Notes: generated by a model from the letters alone, not told the origin. A stretch of DNA of 64,000 nucleotides from an uncultured archaeon (GCA_964421955.1 CAYQYU010000002.1:1-64000); one strand, 5' to 3'. Shown: positions 1 through 10,099, counted from the first letter of the stretch. Numbers and translations: made by a program.

Positions 1-60
1 TTGAACCCGGGTCTTCACCGTGACAGGGTGAAATGATGGGCCAGACTACACCAGCACCGC
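1..60 (-). tRNA. tRNA-Asp(GTC), 3' end cut by the window edge
   Basis: Reverse complement GCGGTGCTGGTGTAGTCTGGCCCATCATTTCACC-CTGTCAC-GGTGAAGACCCGGGTTCAA: anticodon stem TCACC/GGTGA with GTC, and the T-loop start GTTCAA. Confidence 0.92.
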
Positions 61-171
61 AGCAAACTCCTGGAAGTTTGATCACCAGGCTCCGCATCAG
101 CAAAGCTGAGCGGGCTTCAGTATTTGAACCGTTTAACTGGAATTCTTTTAAACTATATTCTGATAGGTTGG

Positions 172-894
172 TCAGTTAGGAGAAGGAGTTAGTTTGGGAG
201 AAGTTGTAGAGACGTACGGGTTGGCGGGATCAAGTTCCGTCAGGGTTTCTACAACGCCTTCAAACTGTTCGGTATAGTTGGTTACTATTACTTCCGCCCC
301 CGTATTGTGATATTCAAATCTACCGCCCTCATAATCCGCTACGAAACCTGGTTCGTCTCTAGGTATATCGTGTTTCGGTACGTATCCGATGTCAAAATTT
401 CCTGTAACACTGTCGTCTATTCGGTCTTCCACTTCCTGCGGGGTTTCATCAGGACCGATTTCGAACTCATTGCTGTTCTGGTAGTAGTCCACTCTTACAG
501 TGGGTCTAAGTGAGTTGAAGTTCTGCAAGAGTTCTTTCCATGTCAAGTCCTGCCTGTCTTTAATGACGACCTGGTTTCTATCGAACTCGTCTGCGGTAAA
601 GATCGCTTCCGTAGGCGAGCTTGGGCGGCCTGGGTCGCCTCCGATACCTATAATAAGTTTGTCGGGTCCAAGGTCTTCACCTCGGTCAACATATCTTGAG
701 TAAGTAACTTCAGAGTAATCTGTGTTTCCGCCGGTCAATCGATCTTCTACCGCCAGCAGCTGTGTCGGCCGGTCTCTGCCTTGGAGTGTATCGTAGAGTT
801 CGGATTCTGTGCTAACAATTTCGCTAAAATCTCCGTTCAGGTACGCATTTACACCTTCCAGGACAGATGGTCTACCGGTCTCAAGATCTTTCAT
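172..894 (-). CDS. hypothetical acidic protein
   Basis: 240-aa acidic ORF with ATG start; no recognised motif. Confidence 0.7.
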   Translation of the reverse strand: MKDLETGRPSVLEGVNAYLNGDFSEIVSTESELYDTLQGRDRPTQLLAVEDRLTGGNTDYSEVTYSRYVDRGEDLGPDKLIIGIGGDPGRPSSPTEAIFTADEFDRNQVVIKDRQDLTWKELLQNFNSLRPTVRVDYYQNSNEFEIGPDETPQEVEDRIDDSVTGNFDIGYVPKHDIPRDEPGFVADYEGGRFEYHNTGAEVIVTNYTEQFEGVVETLTELDPANPYVSTTSPKLTPSPN

Positions 895-919
895 ACCGTT
901 TTATTAGGTGCTAAAAGTT

Positions 920-1483
920 TTATCTGTTGAGTCTAGATCGTAATTCGTAGCTCTGTTCTATCTCTTCTATCTCGGTCTCTGGTACAGTCTGTCTTGCGTG
1001 GTTGTATAGCTCGTTAACTTCTTCCAGCCATTGATTTGGCCTGTAGATCCCCACGATGTACGATATTTCTGGCAGGTAAAGATCCAGTTCTTCTTCTTTT
1101 GGAGATGTTACCAAAAGTTCTTTCCAGTCAGGAACCTCTCTTTTAGTCTGGGGAGAGACTTCAGAAAGGTCTCTCACTTCTCTAGGAGTATGGGCTTCAA
1201 GTACTTCTCTATCATCATATGAGACCTGTAATTTCGCTGGTAACTGGTCAACCAGCTCTAGACGTATATCCAGATCTTCAAAACCTCGACGCAGGTCATC
1301 ACTCCCGTTGAAGCAGTGGCTGAAATACGAGCCTCTGTTGCTAATGATATTCATTGGTTCCGGCTCTGTGTAGGCCATTGCGACTGCTCTGGCTTTATGG
1401 ATTATGTTGTTGTCGGAAAGTTCCTCTTCAAGCTCAGCGAGAGACTTTTCAGCTTCAAGCCGGCTAACAGCATCGGTTGCCAT
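920..1483 (-). CDS. hypothetical acidic protein
   Basis: 187-aa acidic ORF, TATA-like sequence upstream. Confidence 0.7.
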   Translation of the reverse strand: MATDAVSRLEAEKSLAELEEELSDNNIIHKARAVAMAYTEPEPMNIISNRGSYFSHCFNGSDDLRRGFEDLDIRLELVDQLPAKLQVSYDDREVLEAHTPREVRDLSEVSPQTKREVPDWKELLVTSPKEEELDLYLPEISYIVGIYRPNQWLEEVNELYNHARQTVPETEIEEIEQSYELRSRLNR

Positions 1484-1561
1484 ACAGCTTTATTATGGTC
1501 AAAAATACTTAAGCTAAGGGCTTGGAAACAGTTTAAAGACTGAGGACACCTCCAATTAAAT

Positions 1562-2746
1562 ATGCCAGACAAACATATTATAATCGGTGATGGAGTCGCG
1601 GGTGCTACCGCCGCGGAGATCATCAGGGAAGAGAATGAGGATGCAGATATCAAGATATTCACGGACGAATCCGAGCCGCTCTACAACAGGATCATGCTGA
1701 AGACCTACATGAAAGGCCGGCTTCCGAAGCAGTACACCAGGATGCACGACGAGAACTGGTACGAGAAGCGGGGCATAGATCTCCACCTGGAGACCAGAGT
1801 AGCGGAGGTTGACACCGATGCGAAAGCTGTGGAAACAGAGGATGGCAACTCCCACTCTTACGACAAACTTCTGGTTGCTACAGGTGGTTCGCCGAGAGAA
1901 CTTCCGCAGGATGAGGACTACGAGAACCTCCACTACATGTGGACGATGCAGGATGCCGACCACATAAAGAACGCGGCAGAAGAGTCAGAGACCGCGGTCG
2001 TTATCGGTGGAGGCCTCCTTGGAATCGATCTTGCGGTGGCGTTCGCGGAAAACGACTGTGAGACTTACTACCTTATACGAGAAGAGAACTGGTGGAGCAG
2101 GGGTCTTGATCCTGAGGGAGCGGTGATCATCCACGGGAAACTTGAGGAGAAAGGAGTAAATATTGTCACAGAGACAGAGGTCGAAAGACTGGAGGCCGAG
2201 GAAGGCAGAGTAACGGAAGTCTTGGACAGCAGTGGCAAAACATACGAATGTGATGCGGTCGCAGTCGCGATAGGGCAGACGCCCAACTCGGGAATTATCG
2301 ATGTGGAGAAGAACGGCCCCGGGATGATACAGGTGGATGAGAAGCTACAGTCCTCCGAGCCTGATGTTTACGCTGCTGGGAACATGGTTGAGTACACTAG
2401 CCCTGTATTTGGTTCTGGCACGGTAAGAGGTAGCTGGGACCACAGCGAGGCGATGGGAGATACCGCTGGAAAAAACATGGCTGGAGGAGATGAAGAGTTT
2501 GACTACGTTAACACCTACGGCGTCGGCCATTTTGACGTCCAGTTCTTGGCGATAGGAGACTGGAGCGGCGACCCTGTGTCGAAGAAGTACAGCGAGGACG
2601 AATACCGCCGGCTGTTTTTCCGCGATGATAAGCTTGTAGGCGCCGTCATGATTGGTTACACTGGACGGCAAGAAAAGATAAAGGATATGATAGCTAAAGC
2701 AGAGAATGTGGGTGATAGGAGCTCTCTAATTGAAAAAACAGGCTAG
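1562..2746 (+). CDS. NAD(P)/FAD-dependent oxidoreductase (ferredoxin/rubredoxin reductase-like)
   Basis: GDGVAG FAD motif, YDKLLVATG, GGGLLG NAD motif, VYAAGN. Confidence 0.9.
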   Translation: MPDKHIIIGDGVAGATAAEIIREENEDADIKIFTDESEPLYNRIMLKTYMKGRLPKQYTRMHDENWYEKRGIDLHLETRVAEVDTDAKAVETEDGNSHSYDKLLVATGGSPRELPQDEDYENLHYMWTMQDADHIKNAAEESETAVVIGGGLLGIDLAVAFAENDCETYYLIREENWWSRGLDPEGAVIIHGKLEEKGVNIVTETEVERLEAEEGRVTEVLDSSGKTYECDAVAVAIGQTPNSGIIDVEKNGPGMIQVDEKLQSSEPDVYAAGNMVEYTSPVFGSGTVRGSWDHSEAMGDTAGKNMAGGDEEFDYVNTYGVGHFDVQFLAIGDWSGDPVSKKYSEDEYRRLFFRDDKLVGAVMIGYTGRQEKIKDMIAKAENVGDRSSLIEKTG

Positions 2747-2810
2747 ATGTTACTCCTCAGTTATAATTAATAAAAGTTTTCGTGTTCACTATGTATACCG
2801 TGGTTCTTGA

Positions 2811-3866
2811 ATGACTGAAGAAGCATCAGATCTACTAGTGATGTCTCTGGGGCCTGAGGACCTGCATCTGGCCTCGAATAGAGACTGGAATATCGAGCTA
2901 AAGCTCGACTGGGACAATGTGGGCCCTGATGGAGAGGTAGGCTCAGATAGCGATATTGTGGCGCTACTAGAGCAGAATGATGTGGATTCAGAACAGCTAG
3001 TTGATGTACACCTGCCTCCTGGAACCAGTTCAAGTAATCCTGGAATGTCTGTGACTAGAGAAAATATCGGAAATATAACAGACTTCAGCTACAACCAGCT
3101 GGGTAGTATGTCCGACGTTTTCATGACCACTCATCCTCCGAAGAAGTTTCGCTACCTCGATCAGCTCTGGGTTTTCCACGATCTCTTCCAGAGCATGGAT
3201 CGCGAAATATCCATCGAGAACACATCAGCAAAGTCGGACTGGTACACGCCGGAGGCGGCTGCCTTCTTTGGATTTGTGGGAAAAGAGTATCCCAACTCTT
3301 TCGAGGACCTGTTTCTCACGATTGACAGCGCCCACCTTCCACAGGACGACTATGTTGAACAGGACTTTGACCGCTACTACGACCCTGAAGATGAGGATGT
3401 CAGGGATCTGATGGCAAGAACTGATACTGATAAGGAGTGGCTATTCGAGATAGACTACGACCGTGTAGGCGACATAGTACGGCAGATAAACGAAGATCTG
3501 GAAGGTGAGGACGAGATCTTCCCCGTGAGATACCTGGCCTACATGGGCGACAATTTCAGGGAGACCGTAGAGGAGTATTTCCCTGAGAATGGGGGAATCA
3601 TAACCAATAACGCTCTCACCGGCGATACCTACCTGCCTCTGCTCAGGACGCTTTCAATGACTGGAGAAAGGGTGAGAAGCGTTCACCTCAACGATCCGGA
3701 TGCGAACGACGTCCCTTCAATGGATAACTACCGTTCCAGCCCTGCCCTACAGGCTTCTCTTGATTACCTGTCGGACAGAGACATATATGTCGTACTTGAG
3801 CCTGAGGGAGATCTTGATGGGGAAACTGCCGATAACTACATGGAAGAAGTGCGTTCTATGATCTAG
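2811..3866 (+). CDS. hypothetical protein, possibly a xylose-isomerase/AP-endonuclease-like TIM barrel
   Basis: Motifs VHLP, SIENT, IDSAH, VHLND and VLEP in the expected order, with a long insertion. Confidence 0.55.
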   Translation: MTEEASDLLVMSLGPEDLHLASNRDWNIELKLDWDNVGPDGEVGSDSDIVALLEQNDVDSEQLVDVHLPPGTSSSNPGMSVTRENIGNITDFSYNQLGSMSDVFMTTHPPKKFRYLDQLWVFHDLFQSMDREISIENTSAKSDWYTPEAAAFFGFVGKEYPNSFEDLFLTIDSAHLPQDDYVEQDFDRYYDPEDEDVRDLMARTDTDKEWLFEIDYDRVGDIVRQINEDLEGEDEIFPVRYLAYMGDNFRETVEEYFPENGGIITNNALTGDTYLPLLRTLSMTGERVRSVHLNDPDANDVPSMDNYRSSPALQASLDYLSDRDIYVVLEPEGDLDGETADNYMEEVRSMI

Positions 3867-3987
3867 CAGCCAGTTAGATTTATTAACAGGGTCCAGATAC
3901 TATTGTAATGTAACATATGTATTCCTATATCTCTGTCAGAACCGTTTAGTGATAAACTTTATAAGTAAGTAATCAAAAAGTAGTAAC

Positions 3988-4740
3988 ATGTCTGATGTAG
4001 GCTCCTACGATGATGTTCGTGGAGATGAGTGGATGAAGGCAGATCAGCTCAACGGTTTCTGTGCAAAGCTTGACCGCGAACTGGATGAAAGGAAAAATCT
4101 GTACGGCCTCGATGGTGAAGAAGACGATTTTATGATCTACGCCGTTGGCGGAGCCCAGACGATGAGTTTCCATATTCCCGACATGAACGAGAGAGTCGCG
4201 AACGATCTGGACTACATGATATCACATACTAATCAGCCACAGGACGCCCGGTCGTTCACCGAAGGGAAAGTTCTCCAGGATGCCCTGAACGAACTTGGAT
4301 TTGAATTCACCACGGGCGAGCCGGACAGGGAATACGATCCAAGAAGGCAAGACTGCCAGACGCTTACAAATGTAGATGGCTCAAGGAACGGACTCCCCGT
4401 TACTAATCTTGACCTCATCGCGAGCGAGAAGCCGCTCGACAAATACCCTATTTCATGGGTCGAGAAGTATGGCGAGCCTGTCTCCGACAACCTTGGAATA
4501 CTCGGTCTAGAGGCAACTGCAGTCAGGAAAATTTTCCGGAATACTGTCGACTACCAGGGCCATGAGGACGACAACCAGACCTTTGACATAGGAGCTATTT
4601 CGGGCTATGTAGCAGGAAAGCCCAGTGGAGAAGACTTTAGTATGCGGACTTTTGAGGGTGCATGGGAGGAGCTTCTTGAGGCGAATCCTGACAAGGAGAA
4701 ACCGGTTTCCGAGGCAAAGGCAGTCCTGAAAGGACGCTAG
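3988..4740 (+). CDS. putative nucleotidyltransferase (AbiEii/DUF6036-like)
   Basis: YAVGGA...NDLDY (GG plus DxD) and a later LDLI strand. Confidence 0.5.
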   Translation: MSDVGSYDDVRGDEWMKADQLNGFCAKLDRELDERKNLYGLDGEEDDFMIYAVGGAQTMSFHIPDMNERVANDLDYMISHTNQPQDARSFTEGKVLQDALNELGFEFTTGEPDREYDPRRQDCQTLTNVDGSRNGLPVTNLDLIASEKPLDKYPISWVEKYGEPVSDNLGILGLEATAVRKIFRNTVDYQGHEDDNQTFDIGAISGYVAGKPSGEDFSMRTFEGAWEELLEANPDKEKPVSEAKAVLKGR

Positions 4741-4757
4741 ATAGAAATTTTCTCTTT

Positions 4758-5747
4758 CTATTCTTCCACTTCATCAAGAGCATCAAGAGCCTTTGGAGAT
4801 ACGAACGCAAGATCCTGCCAGTCTTTTGTCATTCTCGGGCAGGCGCAGTTGACGTAGATATCAATGCCGTAGCCTTTGTAGTCGGCCTCGAAGATCCTGT
4901 CCTCGACGAATACGTATACATCCTTGCCGTGTCTTTCAAGCTTCTCTTTCGCGATCTCCACCGCGTTCATGTAGTTCTGGCCTTTCTTGCTCGAGGTAAC
5001 GATGCCCCACTTCTGCTTGTCGCTGTGCTTCATCACTCTCGCGACTTCAGCCCGCATCTCATCGTCGAGCGAGTTCGGCGGCTCGATCCAGATCTCCTTG
5101 GTGTACGGGTCGACGACATAGACTTTCTTCCCGGTCTCAGACACCTGGGAAGGGTGGAAGTGGCCGCTGCCGAGGAAGACGAAAGCGTCGACCTTCTCGG
5201 CGATGTTGTGGGCTGCGCCAGCATCGCATCCGAGAACCTGGCCAGGCTCTGTGGTGCGTAAACCAGTTTTGCCCTCGACAACCTCGTAGCCTTTCTCTTC
5301 AAGGAATTCCCGCGCCTTTTCTGCACGGTCCATGTACTGTGTGACTCCGACCAGGCCAAGCCGTTCTTCCTCAATCTCCTCGTATTCTTCTTCAAGAACC
5401 GACATTATGTCCCTGTCCTCCCGGTAGGGAAGGTAGTATACATCCGTGTCGTCCATGTCCGCGCCTTCCGGGTGTAAAAAGCGTGTGTGTCCAACGTGGA
5501 TCAATGCGTCTGCTCCCATGCGTTTTGCCTTCTCGTCCGCGATTCCACAGGCGCCGAAAGTTGAGGCACCGATTATTACTGCTTCGATTCCGTTATCTTC
5601 AAGTTGATCCGCGAACTCGATCAGCTGTGGCTTGATACCGTCTGGTCCCTGTAAACCGATGCGGTCGTAGTCCTCGTCCTTGATTTCCTCTAGGACTTCC
5701 CCAAAAGTCTCGTAGTTGAACTGTTCACGCTGTTTTTGCTGTGACAT
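4758..5747 (-). CDS. dph2: diphthamide biosynthesis enzyme Dph2
   Basis: LQGPDG, GACGIAD, GQVLGC, GHFHP, CACPR; all three Fe-S cysteines present. Confidence 0.93.
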   Translation of the reverse strand: MSQQKQREQFNYETFGEVLEEIKDEDYDRIGLQGPDGIKPQLIEFADQLEDNGIEAVIIGASTFGACGIADEKAKRMGADALIHVGHTRFLHPEGADMDDTDVYYLPYREDRDIMSVLEEEYEEIEEERLGLVGVTQYMDRAEKAREFLEEKGYEVVEGKTGLRTTEPGQVLGCDAGAAHNIAEKVDAFVFLGSGHFHPSQVSETGKKVYVVDPYTKEIWIEPPNSLDDEMRAEVARVMKHSDKQKWGIVTSSKKGQNYMNAVEIAKEKLERHGKDVYVFVEDRIFEADYKGYGIDIYVNCACPRMTKDWQDLAFVSPKALDALDEVEE

Positions 5748-5773
5748 GTTCGGTATATAAGGGGCAAAACTTT

Positions 5774-7306
5774 TTACTTCGAAAGCTCTCTTAGCCGCTC
5801 CAGGATAAACTTCTTCTCCTGTTTTCGGACTGCTTTTTCTAGATGTCCAGGTCTCTGTGATCCAAAAGCATCGAACCCTGACTTAATGGCCTGTCTGATC
5901 ACGTCCGGATCGGGCCTGTCGAGCAGGAGAAGCTTCAGATCAGCCTCCAGGTATTCGAGAGCGGCTTCCATACCTTCTCGGGGCAGTTTGCGTGCGTCCA
6001 CAACTGCGCTGTCGCCGTCGAACGAGAAGATCTCTCCGTAACTCGAGATATATCCTGAGCGAGGAATATGTTCGCCGTGAACCTGCCGGTCAGTCACGGC
6101 ATAACGGCCGCTGAAAGGCGGTGAGAGGTATATCCCGTCTCCCATGTTGATCGGCAGCACCTCTGTCGCGGTTACAGAACTGTAGTCGGTACCCTGGTTC
6201 TGTTGAGCTGCTGGTGGAAACCCTGGTTCGTCGGCGTCCTCAATTTCGACTTCTCCGGCTCCGAGTGAAACGTTCTGACCTCTATCGAGTTCGCCCTGGA
6301 AGCTGAATATCGCGGGTTTTTCGTCCTGCCGGGCGAGCTGTGCATCCGTGGAAGTATATCCTCCTTTTCTAGATACCAGTGCATCCTGGTATTTATCGGG
6401 AGCAACTGTTTCGTCCGAAAAATGTATCTCACGGCCAACTGTTCCATCTATGTTGCCTTCTGACACCCTTATACCTGACAGGTCCGTCTCGGGGGAGTCA
6501 AAGGGATCGCTGTTCCCTGAAGGGAACGCATCGACTATGTAGAAGCTTCCCCGCTTGTAGACAAATTTTACGTCAATATTTTCCTGCTCGAGCTCCTGGA
6601 AAAGCTGGACAATCTCGTCCTCTTCAAAGGTAGTGTTTATCTCGGTTGTCTGCCGCTCATGGTTACCGGTCATGTGGTTCCTTTTCACGGTCACCTGTCT
6701 CTGGGGTATCTCGAATTCCTGCATCTGGCCGTCCTTCAACAGGTAGAGCATCGGCCTGGTTATGCCCTGTTCGAGCGAGGTTCCCAGTCCTTCAACCGCC
6801 TCAAGCAGCTGGTAGTTTCCCATGTAAGAGGTTATTGCAGCGCCGGTGTAGCCGGGCTCCACCATCCTCTGGACTATTATAGCGGGGTGTTCCTCCTCTG
6901 TCTCCACGCGGTAGAAAGAGGCCACAACTTCTTTCACAGCCTTTTCTAGTTCTGATGGTCCGACGTCCAGCCGGGAGGTGAATACCCCTCTCCGGCTTCC
7001 CGATATCCTTACTGACACGCGCTGCTTCTCACGCTGTCCTCCCACGAGACTTTTTGCCTTGCCCGAGGCCTCCCTGACCTCGGAGCTCATACCTATCTCG
7101 TCGTAAGCCTCTTCAAGCTCCTGGCCGAGTTCGGAGGGCATAGAACTCTTGATTATTTCTTCAGGGCTTTCATTGCCATTTGCGAGCTGCTGGATTTCTC
7201 CCCGGGTTATGACGAAGAAGTTTGGAACATTCATGTCAAGCCGGTCGAGCCTTGCAGCTTTCTGCCCCGAATGTTCTGGCGAAATATTTCCTTTCCACTC
7301 GACCAT
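5774..7306 (-). CDS. PEP-synthase-like protein (PEP/pyruvate-binding plus swivel domains), degenerate
   Basis: GQKAARL, VPNFFVI, VQRMV, EAVEGLG, GGYTSTDAQLAR; phosphoacceptor His missing. Confidence 0.75.
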   Translation of the reverse strand: MVEWKGNISPEHSGQKAARLDRLDMNVPNFFVITRGEIQQLANGNESPEEIIKSSMPSELGQELEEAYDEIGMSSEVREASGKAKSLVGGQREKQRVSVRISGSRRGVFTSRLDVGPSELEKAVKEVVASFYRVETEEEHPAIIVQRMVEPGYTGAAITSYMGNYQLLEAVEGLGTSLEQGITRPMLYLLKDGQMQEFEIPQRQVTVKRNHMTGNHERQTTEINTTFEEDEIVQLFQELEQENIDVKFVYKRGSFYIVDAFPSGNSDPFDSPETDLSGIRVSEGNIDGTVGREIHFSDETVAPDKYQDALVSRKGGYTSTDAQLARQDEKPAIFSFQGELDRGQNVSLGAGEVEIEDADEPGFPPAAQQNQGTDYSSVTATEVLPINMGDGIYLSPPFSGRYAVTDRQVHGEHIPRSGYISSYGEIFSFDGDSAVVDARKLPREGMEAALEYLEADLKLLLLDRPDPDVIRQAIKSGFDAFGSQRPGHLEKAVRKQEKKFILERLRELSK

Positions 7307-7383
7307 GATAACAAGTAGGCGGCTTCCTGATTAAAATCTTCCGGCCTCTAACCTTCAAATTGCCGGTTAAACTTTGTCGGATC

Positions 7384-7908
7384 TTACCTGTCAAGCTTGA
7401 CCCTGAAACCGACAGGTAGCTTCTTTCCTGCGCGCTCCATAGCCTTTCTTGCCTCGGGAATGTCTCCCTCGTCAACCCTGGTGCGGAAGATTACCTGGCT
7501 ATCGTCAACGAGTGCCGCTCTCCCTGTTGGTCTTCCAAAAGGCTTTCTCATACCCTCGTAGTACCTGTCCGCGCCTGCAACTCCGGCCAGAGGGTGGTAC
7601 CTGAGAACGTGGTGAGGGTAAGGCAGAAGCTTGAGGTGGTAGTCCTCCATCGGATCAAGAACCTTGCTGAGGTAGGAGTTGGCCGCGATCCTTGCGGATT
7701 CAAGCGCCTCTGACCTGATCGCACAGCCTTCCTCTATTTCGAGGACTACTGCAGAGTCGAAGTCGCCGTCCTTTACGCCCTGCTCGTACTGCGTTACACG
7801 TGGAGCAGGAGCTCCCTTGACGTAGTTGTCCTTTGCCTTCTTCTGGGACTGCCTGGTGTAAGGCTGGCCGGGCTTCTCCCTGTAGATTCGTGCTGGACGG
7901 TCTCCCAT
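7384..7908 (-). CDS. rpl10e: 50S ribosomal protein L10e (uL16)
   Basis: RPARIYR, ALESARIAAN, YPHHVLR, ADRYYEGMRKPFGRP. Confidence 0.97.
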   Translation of the reverse strand: MGDRPARIYREKPGQPYTRQSQKKAKDNYVKGAPAPRVTQYEQGVKDGDFDSAVVLEIEEGCAIRSEALESARIAANSYLSKVLDPMEDYHLKLLPYPHHVLRYHPLAGVAGADRYYEGMRKPFGRPTGRAALVDDSQVIFRTRVDEGDIPEARKAMERAGKKLPVGFRVKLDR

Positions 7909-7964
7909 TTTTTAGAAACCTCTTATACAGAAGCTGTCCGGATTAAGTTTTAAATAGGGCTCGG

Positions 7965-8492
7965 CTACTGTGACATCAGCTTCTCTTTCATCTCTACATC
8001 TTCAAAGTACTCGCGCAGGTATTCGTCTACAATAGCTTCATAACCCGCGTCCTCCTCGTTCGATAGGTGCCAGAAATCGTCAGCCAGCTCCACTGTGCGG
8101 TCAAGGAAGTGGTTGGCATCGTTCTCAGAGATCCCCGGGTTTCCCAGCATCCTGTTGAGATCGGCCATGTAAAGTTCCATTTCTCCTATAGCTTCCTTGT
8201 AGTCCGCATCATTCGCTAGCCTGCTGTAGGACTGCATTATGTAGGATGTATCTGCGAAGAACTCTTCAAGCAGGTTATCTTCTACCTGCTGTATCAGTCT
8301 CAGCTCCATTATCCGCTGATCCAGCGCGGGGTCAGTTTCCAGATCTTCCGCGGGACCGAACTCTTTGTTCTGGATGGCATAGCTCACAAAGTCGCTCTTG
8401 TCTCTGAACCTCCCTTCCTTCACTAGACGTTCCATGAGGTAGTTCGTGTCGTCATCGAACTCCATCTCAAACTCTTCTTCGTCCCGGGACAT
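7965..8492 (-). CDS. hypothetical protein with N-terminal ribbon-helix-helix-like domain
   Basis: MERLVKEGRFRDKSDFVSYAI; start moved to ATG at 8492. Confidence 0.6.
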   Translation of the reverse strand: MSRDEEEFEMEFDDDTNYLMERLVKEGRFRDKSDFVSYAIQNKEFGPAEDLETDPALDQRIMELRLIQQVEDNLLEEFFADTSYIMQSYSRLANDADYKEAIGEMELYMADLNRMLGNPGISENDANHFLDRTVELADDFWHLSNEEDAGYEAIVDEYLREYFEDVEMKEKLMSQ

Positions 8493-8580
8493 ATTTCCCG
8501 GATTGTCGGTAAAAATTATAAGCTGGACGGTACTATAAGCCACTTATATAAGGCTTAAAATACTTCCAGAAAGACCCTGT

Positions 8581-8715
8581 TCACCTTGCTACATTTCGGT
8601 GTTCCATGCAGAATTCGTGACAGTAACCTTCACCAGTTTCGTAGAATTCGCTGGTGTTCATCACTCTGCTTCCGCAGAGAATACAGTCTCCGATATGCAT
8701 AGAGATTTGAGTCAT
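8581..8715 (-). CDS. 44-aa zinc-finger microprotein (not in ORF track)
   Basis: MTQISMHIGDCILCGSRVMNTSEFYETGEGYCHEFCMEHRNVAR; CxxC...CHxxC; G-rich SD-like sequence upstream. Confidence 0.7.
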   Translation of the reverse strand: MTQISMHIGDCILCGSRVMNTSEFYETGEGYCHEFCMEHRNVAR

Positions 8716-8824
8716 CCCCTTCTCCCCTCCGTCAACTTTTTGACGACTCTGCATTATAAAGGTGTGTCTGATTGACCATAATCTTCCGAACAGTATTTTT
8801 AATCTCCTTGCCGGATAATGATAC

Positions 8825-10099
8825 GTGACCCCTCTGAAAATTTACCAGATAGGAGTAGGAAGCTTTGGAAGATATGGCTTTGAGAAACTGGTCGAGATGC
8901 ACCGCAACCTCGATGAAGTCGATGTTGAGCTGAAGGGTGTTTGTGAGAAAGATTTTGATGCGCTTGAGGCCGCGGAAAAGTTTGCCCGTGCTCACGGTAT
9001 AGAGATCGAGAAGTTCCAGAAAATCGATGATCTCTACAGTGCGGCAGAAGGGGAAGAGGGCGAGGTAATGATCTACGACGCGGGCTCCACTGACACTCAC
9101 GCGGAGCACATCTTCCGGTCGATGAGAAACGATTTTTTCCATCTGGCGGAGAAACCGCCATCGCTCACCCGGGAGCAGCACCTTGAAGAGAAAAGGCTCG
9201 CGGAAGAGAAAGATGTTTTCTGGAAAGTTGACTTCATCGAGCGCGAGAGCCCGGTAGTGAAGAAGACCACAGAGCTGCTCGAAAACGAGAGCATAGATTC
9301 GATCAAGATATTTCGAGAGAGTTCAGCCGGAACCCAGAAAATGCTCCAGCCTGCTAAACGATCCGGTGTCAAAGGAGGCGACGTACTTGACAAGATGGTC
9401 CACGAGGTATACGTACTGGACTTTCTCGAAGCCACAGGAGTGATGTCCCGGCTCGAACTCGAGAATGCCAGGTCGCGCTACCTGATGCCGAAGAATCCCG
9501 GGGCAGACAGGTTGATGACTGTCGACGGCGGGACCTCGGATGAAATAAATGATAGAACTGCGACAGCCCAGACCCGGGCAAAGTTCAACGCTCCTGGGGT
9601 GGAGATTAGACTCCATTCGAGCTGGCTCGGCCTGAGTGAAGAAGCCCAGGAGGAGGCCGAGAGACTCGAGGAAATCACCGGTTACACGTTCTTCAATGAT
9701 AGCTATGTCGAGGCCGATGGAAACGCGTTCCGGGACCAGGAGGCTCGCTTCTTTGTCATAGAGGGATCCAGGAATCTGGCGGGTGACATGCTCCACGGCA
9801 AACTTTTCGACCTTGATACTGGAGATGAGATAGAGACTCCTGACCTTCTGCACGACCAGCTTTACAGGGTGATAGAAAAGGCAGTGCTGCAGGCATCAGG
9901 CCGCGAGGATAGAGATTTTTCCGATAGGGAAGTCGATGTTTTCATGAACGCAGTTTTTGACGCACGTGATCGCGCAATCCAGAACGCTGGCGAGTTCTTT
10001 GAAGAGCTTGAATCTTCGAACAGAAAGGTTGCGGAAATGATAGTTGAAGACACCGAGATGGAAGAGGACAGAGTTGAGGAAGAGGAGGTCCCGGCATGA
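8825..10099 (+). CDS. Gfo/Idh/MocA family oxidoreductase
   Basis: IGVGSFG, AEKPP, GGDVLDKMVHE. Confidence 0.75.
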   Translation: MTPLKIYQIGVGSFGRYGFEKLVEMHRNLDEVDVELKGVCEKDFDALEAAEKFARAHGIEIEKFQKIDDLYSAAEGEEGEVMIYDAGSTDTHAEHIFRSMRNDFFHLAEKPPSLTREQHLEEKRLAEEKDVFWKVDFIERESPVVKKTTELLENESIDSIKIFRESSAGTQKMLQPAKRSGVKGGDVLDKMVHEVYVLDFLEATGVMSRLELENARSRYLMPKNPGADRLMTVDGGTSDEINDRTATAQTRAKFNAPGVEIRLHSSWLGLSEEAQEEAERLEEITGYTFFNDSYVEADGNAFRDQEARFFVIEGSRNLAGDMLHGKLFDLDTGDEIETPDLLHDQLYRVIEKAVLQASGREDRDFSDREVDVFMNAVFDARDRAIQNAGEFFEELESSNRKVAEMIVEDTEMEEDRVEEEEVPA

